20,000 nt of DNA. Source: an uncultured virus (IMG/VR IMGVR_UViG_3300015607_005478) (lineage: Duplodnaviria; Heunggongvirae; Uroviricota; Caudoviricetes). Both the position numbers and the translations under genes were made by a program. Below the pieces are notes generated by a model. That model did not search any database and had not been told where the DNA came from. It worked only from the letters and a program-made list of their open reading frames with translations. Location of the stretch: the IMG/VR virus record IMGVR_UViG_3300015607_005478, one strand, 5' to 3'. Shown piece after piece: positions 8,512-16,595 of this stretch (its first letter is position 1; the number at the start of each line of letters is the position of its first letter).

Positions 8512-9087
8512 ATGCACATCATCTGCGATGAATGCTTCAAGAAGGCCCAGCCTCTCGAAGAGATAACCAAGGGCACGATACACGTGACGCCCTGGCTGTG
8601 TGCGTATTGCGGAACTTCAACGCCCGCAAATACAACGCACTACCTCTCGGGTGACACACCCAGCTGGGACGTCTGCCGCACCCTCGGCGTCTCAACCAAG
8701 AACTGCAGCTTCTTCGACTACGAATCGATTCAACGAGACATCGACGTTGAGTTTGAGACAGAGCTGCAGAAGGACACGCGCGGGCTGGCAAACCGACTCA
8801 TCGACTGGCTTCGTAGCCCCAGGCAGTCGAACGAGGCGCCGAAGAAGCGCATGGCGCGTGTCATCGAAGAGCTGGGCAAGCTCTCTTCGTGGAACAACAA
8901 CGACCCGCGCGAGAACATCTACAAGCGCGGAGACATCCTCGTCCTTCATCCCGATGGACGTATCGGTAAGGGGCAGGTCGATACGAAGGAAGGTTGGTAT
9001 CTTCACATCGTCCTCGACAACGGCCAGATGATCTACGACTGGGACACGACGTGGTTGTGGTGCCACGACCCGAGGAAGAAGAACTAG
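8512..9087 (+). CDS. hypothetical protein (191 aa) with N-terminal zinc ribbon
   Basis: GAGGT SD; CDEC...CAYC. Confidence 0.75.
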   Translation: MHIICDECFKKAQPLEEITKGTIHVTPWLCAYCGTSTPANTTHYLSGDTPSWDVCRTLGVSTKNCSFFDYESIQRDIDVEFETELQKDTRGLANRLIDWLRSPRQSNEAPKKRMARVIEELGKLSSWNNNDPRENIYKRGDILVLHPDGRIGKGQVDTKEGWYLHIVLDNGQMIYDWDTTWLWCHDPRKKN

Positions 9088-9089
9088 TC

Positions 9090-9320
9090 ATGCCCAAACT
9101 CTCCTTCGAAGCACCGCCACAAGGCGCGTATAAAACGCGGCTTCTTCTCGACGACGTCCACGTCGATGGTGTTCTGAGCGTGGCCCTCCACTTCTCAGGC
9201 AACGCGCCCTTTCCTGCGTGCCTCATTGTGCTCTACGCCACCGAAGAGAACATCCCCATTGTCGAATCGCTCAGGACTATTCCCTGGGTCACCGTCGTTC
9301 TTGAACGACCACCCGCATAG
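9090..9320 (+). CDS. hypothetical protein (76 aa)
   Basis: ATG 2 nt after previous stop (preferred over track start 8994); followed by hairpin. Confidence 0.7.
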   Translation: MPKLSFEAPPQGAYKTRLLLDDVHVDGVLSVALHFSGNAPFPACLIVLYATEENIPIVESLRTIPWVTVVLERPPA

Positions 9321-9325
9321 CGCGT

Positions 9326-9368
9326 GTCGGCCCTCCTAGCGGGGGCCGGCTCTTTCCTTTAGCCTCCG
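9326..9368 (+). terminator. terminator-like hairpin with TAGCCTCCG tail
   Basis: GTCGGCCCTC-CTAGC-GGGGGCCGGC 10-bp stem (2 G-U), then TCTTTCCTTTAGCCTCCG. Confidence 0.7.
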
Positions 9369-9372
9369 GTTC

Positions 9373-9582
9373 ATGCCGCACAGCACGCACGGCCGAGAGT
9401 CGCCGGAAGAAACGCCCAACCTCACCTTCTGCCCCTGCCTCGGGCACGCACTGCAGAAGGAATGCGCCGAGGCGGGCTGCGGCTACTGCCACAACGCGGA
9501 GAATCCACCCCCTCCCCTCGACCCCGAGATATCAGCGGCGCTGGGCTGGGATGTAGACGCCGTTTACGGGAAGAAGGACTGA
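9373..9582 (+). CDS. small Cys-rich hypothetical protein (69 aa)
   Basis: CPC...C....CGYC; no SD, TAGCCT 7 nt upstream. Confidence 0.55.
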   Translation: MPHSTHGRESPEETPNLTFCPCLGHALQKECAEAGCGYCHNAENPPPPLDPEISAALGWDVDAVYGKKD

Positions 9583-9586
9583 CGAT

Positions 9587-9955
9587 ATGGACGACATTCG
9601 ACCGAAAGGCACCGGGGAAGGGCCATGCGCATCCTGCCCCGTGGGTGAGAACGGCGAGCGCTGGTACTTCTGGGTGGACGCCCTTGATCCGCGCTTGCCG
9701 GATGGCCCCTTCATCTGCCCGACATGCATCAACGGCGACAAGCCCCTCGAGAAGGAGACCGTCGAGGGTCTCATCCAGCAATTCGGCGCGCAGATGTGCC
9801 TCGACATCGCGCGGGAAAAACTACAGAACCACGCCCCCGATCTCTACCCTCCACTTATCCGCCAGTTGCTTCGGTACACACAGAGCCTCAGCCACACGCC
9901 CCTCTGGCAAGAAGTCGACGCGCTCCTCAAGAAGAACGCTCCCCAGGAGAACTGA
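9587..9955 (+). CDS. hypothetical protein (122 aa) with CxxC pair
   Basis: AAGGA SD; CASC...CPTC. Confidence 0.75.
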   Translation: MDDIRPKGTGEGPCASCPVGENGERWYFWVDALDPRLPDGPFICPTCINGDKPLEKETVEGLIQQFGAQMCLDIAREKLQNHAPDLYPPLIRQLLRYTQSLSHTPLWQEVDALLKKNAPQEN

Positions 9956-9961
9956 TCCACC

Positions 9962-12900
9962 ATGGCCGGATATACCGCCGAAGAGATTCAAGCCGTCGTC
10001 GAGAAGCTGGTGCTCTCCACCATCCGGAGGCCTTTCGACACTCTCGGTGTAAGGAGACCGGATGTGTCCTTCACGGATGTGCAAGAGGCTGCGGCCGGGG
10101 TTTTCTTGTTGTACCCAAACAGCCCTTTCTACGTTCTATACCTAGGAGCACAGCGCCTTGGCGACCTGATTGCGGCGGAGGCGTCCAGCATCGAGCAGCT
10201 CCTGGACGCCATCGAGGCGACAGGACGGAACGTGCTGCCGGTCGAGGACGTGTCGACGCTGTTCAACGCCCAAGCGGCTCTCCAAGAGCTCGGGAGCGCG
10301 GCGGCGGCCCGAGGGGGCATCTTCGGGGACATCACCAAGGCGCCGGCGTACCAGCGCTTCTCGAACAACGTGCAGCAGTTCCTGAGCGGGCCCGGCCAGA
10401 ACGTGAAGCAGGCAGGCACCATCGTCCAGACGCCTCAGCAGGCGCGGGCGGCCATCCCTGGCCTTCTGTCCCAGCTCGAGGAGGCACATGCCACGCTCGT
10501 TGCTCGGGTGGGCGGCATCGCGAGCGGCATCGAGGACTACAACAAGGTGAACCTGCCGCGCGTTGTATCCACCTCGGTGCTCTCGAACGCGGCGAACCTC
10601 GTGGGCGCCGATGCAGCGGCTCTGGATGTACTCACTCCAACAGAACGCCTGACCCTCATCCGCCAGACGGTGCTCGACGTGCTGAGCGTCCGCGCGGTGG
10701 TTACAACGTTTGGCTCCTTCGCACCGGCGAGCGACTTCTACGCGCTCGAGGGCATCGGGCGGCCCTACTCCGATGCGAAGCACTTGAGCACGCCCGCGTT
10801 CGGCGATGTGGGCGTCAACACCTTCGGCATCATCCAGGGCGTCAACGACAGCATTACTGTCACCGTCGACGACGGCGCGCCACTCACACTGACCTTCCAG
10901 CCCTCGAACCTCGCCGAGCTCGACGGCGTGGCGACGGATGACCGGTTCATCATCGGCAATGGCACAACGCCCGTCCTTCCGGGTGGAGCGTCTGTTCCGA
11001 ACAACAACATCTTCCAGCTTGAGGTGGACGGCACCATCTACCAAGCGACGCTCACCCCTTCGAGCTCGCCCACACCGGCGGTGCGCATTGGCTCGGGGGA
11101 TACAACAACGTCGGGCTGGTACGGCGGTGGCGGCACGCTCAACGGCAAGACGCTCATCCTCAACATCGACGGCACGTTCACGTATACGGTGACGTTCACC
11201 GCGCCAGCTAACGCAGCGGCCATGGTCTCGCAGATCAACGCGGTTACAAATGTGACCGGTGGGCAGCATCTCGTTGTAGCGGACATCTTCAGCAATCGTC
11301 TCAGGCTCACCACCGTAAACACGGGTGCCGGCGCGGTCATCATGATCGGGCCAGGCACGGCCGACAGCATCCTGGGACTGGCACAAGGCACAACGGTGCG
11401 CGGATCTTCTGGAGCACGCACCGCAGACCAAGTAGCGGCGGACATTCAGGCCGTGTTGCCCGCCGGCGTTGTAGCGGAAGGTTACTTCACGCCGCTCCGC
11501 TTCAGCGGCGCCTTCCATATCAATGCGGACTTCGCTGGGTTCTCGACGTTCGAGGCTCTTGCGGGAGCCACGGACTTCCTCGCACTCGGCGTGACGAACA
11601 AGGACGTCGTTCACGTGTTGGATGGGCCAAACGCCGGCATCTATCCCATCAACGCCGTCGGCACGACCACGATCGATGTATTGGGCTTCTTCACCGATGA
11701 CCCGAGCCGCGTGTGTGAAATTGGTCCAGCCAACCGCGCGGTGCGCGTCCGTTGTACGGATCCTGCAACGCAGCTCCCGATTGAAACAACCATCAAGACC
11801 GTTGCGACGTTCTCCATCGCGCAGGCGTGCCTCGACGTGCTCGGCTTCATCGCCGGCGGTGCCTCGCAGTGCTTGCGAACGCCGATGAAGGACCTCGCAA
11901 CGGACCTGAGCCACAAGAGCTCGGCGCTCTCCTTCGAGGCCGTGCCGCATTACACGCTCACGAATGTCCGTGCGCTCACGAAGCCGACGGATCCGAGCGT
12001 TGTAACCATCGTGCCGATTCAAGCCGTCGGCACACAGGCGTTCGCCTCCACGACCATCGCGTACACGGTTACATCCGTGGTGGCTTCGCAGCGCGCGGTT
12101 GTTCCTTCTTCTGACCGCCTCTTCCTCAACGACGGGCCGAACGCCTTCGCTGACTACGGCATCAACACCATCAATGGCTCCACGGCAGCGAAGACGCTCG
12201 AGGTCGGCGATGTGATCGTAGGAACGGGTACAGTCGCAGGGAGTGCGGGCTCCGGCGTCACTGTCTACATCAGCCAGCCCTTCACACCGGCGAAGTATGA
12301 CGTGTTCGCCATCGATGGCGGTCCGAACAACGGTGACGATTACGTCGTCGGGCCTCCGCTGACGGGCGTGAACATCTTCGACGTGCCGTTGCTCAACCGT
12401 GCGTTGCCTGCGTATGTGTCCGGCCCGAGCACACCCATCGAGATGTCGCTCAGCTACGGACAGTCGTATCTGCGCTTCGCGTCCCCGACCCCAACCACCG
12501 CAAGCCGCATCCGCGTCTCGAGTCCGAGCTCGCTCTTCGCGGCTGTCGATCGTTACGGCACATCACCTTGGTTCTTGCTGCCGACGGTTCCTCGCGGTCT
12601 GCAGGCCGGGGACCTCTTCTTCGGCTACTCCTCGGATTACAAGACGCCGAGTATTACGGCGACCATCGATTCGGTCGACACGTCGCTCAAGGTTATCGGC
12701 GTCAGCCCCGAGCTCGCCTCGAACGTGACCTGGCAGTTCTCCACGCAGCCTCCGCCCTTCGCGCGCCTGCGCATGGGCGTTCTGAACGACTACTCCACCG
12801 TCAAAGAGAAACTCGATGCGTGGCTCGCTCGCGATGTGAACCAAACCTCGTTCTTCACCAACTTCAACCGCTTCATCAACCCGCTCCTCGCGAACGACAA

Positions 12901-13387
12901 CCCGACAGCGGTGCAGGTCGGCACGGCGAAGAACGAGCTCCTGCGCTTCTACGCCTATCTGCTCGCCACCGAGGCGGAGGCATTTGGCATCGATGCGGCT
13001 CTCGCACTCGACACCATCTTGTCCTTGTACACAGTGCAGCGCGTCGATGCCGTGGACACGCTCCTTCGGACGTTCGTGGAGAAGGGCTCGGACCGCGCGA
13101 ACGACCTGCTTCTTCAGGGCGCGTTCCAGACCTTCTTCGATCTCACCGTCGACGGCGCGAGCTACAGCGGCGCGTTCCAAGAAGCGGTGCGCGACGTAGC
13201 CCGTAACGACCTGCCTGTCCGACGCGTGAACCGCGCAGATGCGCAGACCTCACGCATGATCAGCCAGACCTCGAGCCCCGACTTTGAATACACGGCCGCA
13301 AGCGTGAGCGAGTCGGTGGAAGGCGACGCATCCGTCGACCCGCCGGGCACCTACGGCGAGCCGGCGAACTACGGACGTACAGATTGA
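9962..13387 (+). CDS. large probable virion structural protein (1141 aa), tail/baseplate-like
   Basis: Long ORF rich in Thr/Gly/Ala/Val with low charge; helical termini around a beta-rich core; TLNGKTLILNIDG...SQINA...LRLTT...GTADSILGL module. Function is inferred. Confidence 0.6.
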   Translation: MAGYTAEEIQAVVEKLVLSTIRRPFDTLGVRRPDVSFTDVQEAAAGVFLLYPNSPFYVLYLGAQRLGDLIAAEASSIEQLLDAIEATGRNVLPVEDVSTLFNAQAALQELGSAAAARGGIFGDITKAPAYQRFSNNVQQFLSGPGQNVKQAGTIVQTPQQARAAIPGLLSQLEEAHATLVARVGGIASGIEDYNKVNLPRVVSTSVLSNAANLVGADAAALDVLTPTERLTLIRQTVLDVLSVRAVVTTFGSFAPASDFYALEGIGRPYSDAKHLSTPAFGDVGVNTFGIIQGVNDSITVTVDDGAPLTLTFQPSNLAELDGVATDDRFIIGNGTTPVLPGGASVPNNNIFQLEVDGTIYQATLTPSSSPTPAVRIGSGDTTTSGWYGGGGTLNGKTLILNIDGTFTYTVTFTAPANAAAMVSQINAVTNVTGGQHLVVADIFSNRLRLTTVNTGAGAVIMIGPGTADSILGLAQGTTVRGSSGARTADQVAADIQAVLPAGVVAEGYFTPLRFSGAFHINADFAGFSTFEALAGATDFLALGVTNKDVVHVLDGPNAGIYPINAVGTTTIDVLGFFTDDPSRVCEIGPANRAVRVRCTDPATQLPIETTIKTVATFSIAQACLDVLGFIAGGASQCLRTPMKDLATDLSHKSSALSFEAVPHYTLTNVRALTKPTDPSVVTIVPIQAVGTQAFASTTIAYTVTSVVASQRAVVPSSDRLFLNDGPNAFADYGINTINGSTAAKTLEVGDVIVGTGTVAGSAGSGVTVYISQPFTPAKYDVFAIDGGPNNGDDYVVGPPLTGVNIFDVPLLNRALPAYVSGPSTPIEMSLSYGQSYLRFASPTPTTASRIRVSSPSSLFAAVDRYGTSPWFLLPTVPRGLQAGDLFFGYSSDYKTPSITATIDSVDTSLKVIGVSPELASNVTWQFSTQPPPFARLRMGVLNDYSTVKEKLDAWLARDVNQTSFFTNFNRFINPLLANDNPTAVQVGTAKNELLRFYAYLLATEAEAFGIDAALALDTILSLYTVQRVDAVDTLLRTFVEKGSDRANDLLLQGAFQTFFDLTVDGASYSGAFQEAVRDVARNDLPVRRVNRADAQTSRMISQTSSPDFEYTAASVSESVEGDASVDPPGTYGEPANYGRTD

Positions 13388-13412
13388 ACACGGCATAGAT
13401 TGAAACAAATCG

Positions 13413-13431
13413 GGGACAAGAGACATGGAGG
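13413..13431 (+). promoter_or_regulatory. repeated promoter-like motif copy 3 plus SD
   Basis: GGGACAAGA-GAC-ATGG(AGG), upstream of ATG 13437. Confidence 0.65.
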
Positions 13432-13436
13432 AACCC

Positions 13437-13817
13437 ATGTCACTTTCCAACCAAGCACAAGCCGATCAGGTACTGCGCAACCTTTGTGCTCCACGCAGGG
13501 TGGAGCGGAAGAAAGTAAAGAACGGCCTCGACGCTGCCATGTACGCGATGGACGCGTTCGATCGGTGGCGCGACTTGCACGACAAGGCGGACACCGTCGA
13601 AGACGCCGAGCGCGAGGCCTGGCTCGAGTTCCGTCACTACTTCGACGAGATGCTTCGTCTCACGAAAGACCTCGACATGCTCTCGCACTTGTCACTCGTC
13701 GAACGGACGAAGGCACGCGTTCTCATCCGCAGCGTTCAAGTACTCTCGCTCATCTACGGGCCCTCGAATCGGAAGGAGCTCGAGGCGCCACCTCGTAAGA
13801 GCTGGTGGAGGGGTTGA
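13437..13817 (+). CDS. hypothetical helical protein (126 aa)
   Basis: GGAGG SD 13427-13431 (alternative in-frame ATG 13425); followed by hairpin. Confidence 0.8.
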   Translation: MSLSNQAQADQVLRNLCAPRRVERKKVKNGLDAAMYAMDAFDRWRDLHDKADTVEDAEREAWLEFRHYFDEMLRLTKDLDMLSHLSLVERTKARVLIRSVQVLSLIYGPSNRKELEAPPRKSWWRG

Positions 13818-13820
13818 CTC

Positions 13821-13853
13821 GGAGAGGGCGGAAAGCCCTTTTCTTAGCCCCCG
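13821..13853 (+). terminator. terminator-like hairpin with TAGCCCCCG tail
   Basis: GGAGAGGGC-GGAAA-GCCCTTTTC stem (2 G-U), then TTAGCCCCCG. Confidence 0.7.
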
Positions 13854-13888
13854 TTCCCGCCGCGCGGCCGCACCCGTAAAGTGAAGGT

Positions 13889-15094
13889 GTGACCACCACG
13901 AAGAAGTTCCAGATCAATCCGGATGACCTGGAGTTCGGAAAACCGCGGATTTTGCTCGTAGAAGACGAGCCGACTTTCGCCAAAGTCGTCTCGCGCGTGT
14001 TATCCGATGATTACGAAGTGGTCGTTGCCGCCGACGGTTTGGTGGCCAGCACCCTGCTGACCGAGCCGTTCGACCTCATTCTGACCGACCTGCTTCTTCC
14101 CGGCCTCAGCGGTGTGGACCTTCTGCGCTTGGTCAGGACCTACGACCTCGACGTGCCGATGGTCATCATGACCGGCATGCCGTCGCTCGACACGGCCATC
14201 GAGGCGGTCCAGCTCGGCGCGCTGCAGTACCTCGTGAAGCCGGTGGACCTCGACCTGCTGCGAGAGACGGTGAGTAAGGGCGTTGCGCTGAACCGCCTGG
14301 CGCGGACCAAGCGGGCCGCCCTTGCCATCGCCAGTACAACGGAAGCCAGAAGCGAGCCGCTCTTCATGGGCGATCGTTTGGGGTTGCGGGTGCGGTTCGA
14401 CCGAGCGATGCAGCACCTGCGTCTCGTCTTCCAGCCCATCGTCGACTTCAAGACGCGGCGCATCGTGGCGTACGAAGCGCTCATGCGCTCGCGGGAGGAC
14501 TCGCTGCCGTCACCGGGCGCTGTTCTCGACGCCGCCGAACGTCTCGGGCTTGTAGGCGAGGTGGGTCGGCAGGTTCGCCATCTGGCCGCGGCTGCCATGC
14601 CCCTTCTTCCGAAGGGAGCCGATCTCTTCGTGAACATCCACACCGCCGAACTCGCTGACGACTTCCTGTTCTCGGGCGGCTGTCCGTTGGTGCCCCATGC
14701 CACGCGCGTCATCTTCGAGATCACGGAGAGGGCGGCTATCGACGGCGTGCACGACTTACCGAAGCGTGTTCGCACCCTCCGCGAGATGGGCTTTCGCATC
14801 GCTCTGGACGACCTCGGTGCGGGCTATGCCGGGCTCTCCACGTTCGCTTCTCTCGAGCCGGACATCGTGAAAATCGACATGTCCCTCATCCGCAACATCC
14901 AAGACTCGATTACGAAGCAGCGTGTCGTGCGCTCGCTCGTAACACTCTGCCGCGAGATGAACATGCGTGTCGTGGCGGAGGGCATCGAGACAAGCGAAGA
15001 GCTCGCCGTCGTCGCCGACATCGGTGCCGACCTTCTGCAGGGCTACTTGCTCGGCAAACCGGCAAAGGTATTCAGCACGAAAGTGAACCTCTAG
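13889..15094 (+). CDS. response regulator receiver (REC) plus EAL domain c-di-GMP phosphodiesterase
   Basis: REC: ILLVEDE, LILTDLLLPG, MTG, LVKP. EAL: FQPIV, YEALMR, FVNI, FEITER, IALDDLGAGY, VKIDMS, VAEGIET, LQGYLLGKP. Confidence 0.95.
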   Translation: MTTTKKFQINPDDLEFGKPRILLVEDEPTFAKVVSRVLSDDYEVVVAADGLVASTLLTEPFDLILTDLLLPGLSGVDLLRLVRTYDLDVPMVIMTGMPSLDTAIEAVQLGALQYLVKPVDLDLLRETVSKGVALNRLARTKRAALAIASTTEARSEPLFMGDRLGLRVRFDRAMQHLRLVFQPIVDFKTRRIVAYEALMRSREDSLPSPGAVLDAAERLGLVGEVGRQVRHLAAAAMPLLPKGADLFVNIHTAELADDFLFSGGCPLVPHATRVIFEITERAAIDGVHDLPKRVRTLREMGFRIALDDLGAGYAGLSTFASLEPDIVKIDMSLIRNIQDSITKQRVVRSLVTLCREMNMRVVAEGIETSEELAVVADIGADLLQGYLLGKPAKVFSTKVNL

Positions 15095-15117
15095 CCTTCT
15101 TCTGCTACAACCGGGCG

Positions 15118-15405
15118 ATGCGTACCGTTCTCACGTTGGGTCGCTTCTCGTTCGCCGTTGCCGCGGCAGCTACTGCTGGAACCGCTGATAGCGCGGAGCT
15201 GACCCTGCCGGCTGAAGCCGCGAGCACGATGATTCGAGAAGAGCCGCCTCTCGCACCCGGCCCGCGCTCGCGCAAAGAACGTCGAGCCGCAAAGAAGTTC
15301 AATCGCCTGCTCGAGCGCCGCCTCAGCAAGGACAAGACGCCGGTGAGGGTGGAAGTACAGCCCGACGGCGGCCTGCACGTGCAAGTCAACACACGGGAGA
15401 AGTGA
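15118..15405 (+). CDS. hypothetical protein (95 aa), possible signal peptide
   Basis: MRTVLTLGRFSFAVAAAATAGTADSA N-terminus; TGATG overlap with next ORF. Confidence 0.6.
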   Translation: MRTVLTLGRFSFAVAAAATAGTADSAELTLPAEAASTMIREEPPLAPGPRSRKERRAAKKFNRLLERRLSKDKTPVRVEVQPDGGLHVQVNTREK

Positions 15406-15518
15406 TGTCCCTGCGCGCCTTCGATTTCATCAGCGGGTTTGTAACCGGGCTGCTCGCCCTCATCTTCCTCAGCTTCTTGCGCCACGCGTACATTCTGTAT
15501 CTGTACCGACGTCGATAA
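15405..15518 (+). CDS. 37-aa single-pass membrane microprotein, absent from ORF track
   Basis: GGGAG SD, TGATG overlap; MSLRAFDFISGFVTGLLALIFLSFLRHAYILYLYRRR*. Confidence 0.65.
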   Translation: MSLRAFDFISGFVTGLLALIFLSFLRHAYILYLYRRR

Positions 15519-15527
15519 GCTGGAGGC

Positions 15528-16031
15528 ATGAGAGAGCTCACGCAGACCAGCCTCAACCCCGGCAACTGTTGGCAGACGTGCATTGCTTGCATTCTTGAGC
15601 TCGACCCGGAGACGTTGCCGTCCCAGGTTGAGCACGACATGCGCCGTGTTATGGGTCCGAACGGTGACTGGACCTGGGAGGGCCGAGGTTACGGCAACGT
15701 GCTCGGCAACTACCTGCGGAAGCATCACGGACTTGCGTACGTCCAGCTTCATTACCCCGAAGAGATATGGTCAGCAGTTGCTGTCCGCCCTGGTCTGCAC
15801 ATGATGACCGGGCGCACCGAGCGAACAGCGCAGAACGGTTCACGACATGTTGTGGTTGGTGAGAACGGCTCAATCCGTTGGGACCCGCATCCTTCGAGAG
15901 CGGGTCTCCTCGACGAGATCGAATACGGCTTCCTCATCCCCTTCCCCAAGATGTGGGAAGAGACGTGGACCCGCATGCGCGAAGACTGCCTCTGCCCTGC
16001 CTGCGTGAGCGTGGCTAAACTCACTCCATGA
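15528..16031 (+). CDS. putative papain-fold (C39-like) cysteine hydrolase
   Basis: GGAGG SD; Q...GNCWQTCIACILEL, RHVVV, WDPHPS give Gln/Cys/His/Asp in papain order. Confidence 0.65.
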   Translation: MRELTQTSLNPGNCWQTCIACILELDPETLPSQVEHDMRRVMGPNGDWTWEGRGYGNVLGNYLRKHHGLAYVQLHYPEEIWSAVAVRPGLHMMTGRTERTAQNGSRHVVVGENGSIRWDPHPSRAGLLDEIEYGFLIPFPKMWEETWTRMREDCLCPACVSVAKLTP

Positions 16032-16411
16032 AGCTGGCCGAGCTCGAGCCCCAATTCCTGCGTCACGAAGAGAAGCTCGAGAAGCGGATGTATCAGACCA
16101 AAGATGGTCGTACAGAAGAGCGAGAAGAGCTGCAGACGTACCACGTCTACGAAGACGAGCTGTCGAAGGCGCAGGGCATCATGTTCTTGTGCCCCGAGTG
16201 CTTCAAGAAGAACAACGGGCCTGTCGGAACACATTCGGTCATCTGCTGGTTCCGCGACCGCGGTGTCCCTGCGGATGCTTTCCCTCTCCCCGGCCGCTGG
16301 GTTGTAACCGGTACAACCTATGAAGACCTCACCTTGAGCCCTTCTGTTCTTCTGACCGACGGCTGCCGGTGGCATGGCTTCGTTACGGGAGGAATGATCA
16401 CGCAGTGCTAA
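16028..16411 (+). CDS. DUF6527-like zinc-binding protein (127 aa)
   Basis: FLCPEC...H...W...DLTLSPSV...CRWHGFVTGG; ATGA overlap; family name recalled from memory. Confidence 0.65.
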   Translation: MKLAELEPQFLRHEEKLEKRMYQTKDGRTEEREELQTYHVYEDELSKAQGIMFLCPECFKKNNGPVGTHSVICWFRDRGVPADAFPLPGRWVVTGTTYEDLTLSPSVLLTDGCRWHGFVTGGMITQC

Positions 16412-16414
16412 TCG

Positions 16415-16493
16415 AAGAGCAGAAAAAAACTTGAGAGGGTCTAAGTAGTTGAAATTAGGTAGGCGGACTCTCTTCAAGTTTTTTTCTGCTCTT
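16415..16493. repeat. long inverted repeat / stem-loop in AT-rich spacer
   Basis: AAGAGCAGAAAAAAACTTGA (16415-16434) is perfectly complementary to 16474-16493; after a 1-nt bulge, 8 more pairs (16435-16442 with 16465-16472, 2 G-U); 22-nt loop. Confidence 0.95.
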
Positions 16494-16557
16494 TTATCAA
16501 CGTCACTCTCTCAAGATCTCTACCTAGACGAAGAGCTGGAAGAACAACCCCAGGCAG

Positions 16558-16573
16558 GGGATAAGACTTGTGG
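16558..16573 (+). promoter_or_regulatory. repeated promoter-like motif copy 4
   Basis: GGGATAAGA-CTT-GTGG; SD AGGAGG at 16585-16590, ATG 16596. Confidence 0.65.
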
Positions 16574-16595
16574 TCACTACAACTAGGAGGACCAC

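Noticed and set aside
9957..9965. Perfect Kozak-like CCACCATGG at the start of the 1141-aa gene
   Set aside because: Single occurrence in a clearly prokaryotic context; AGGAG at 9945-9949 and coupling to the previous gene explain initiation
9724..10941. 405-aa alternative-frame + strand ORF
   Set aside because: Arg/Gly/Pro-rich composition typical of off-frame GC-rich sequence; overlaps two better genes
10142..12022. 626-aa minus-strand ORF and other long antisense ORFs (2427-3728, 16-828, 12563-13180)
   Set aside because: Shadows of well-formed + strand genes in high-GC DNA; no recognisable motifs or start signals
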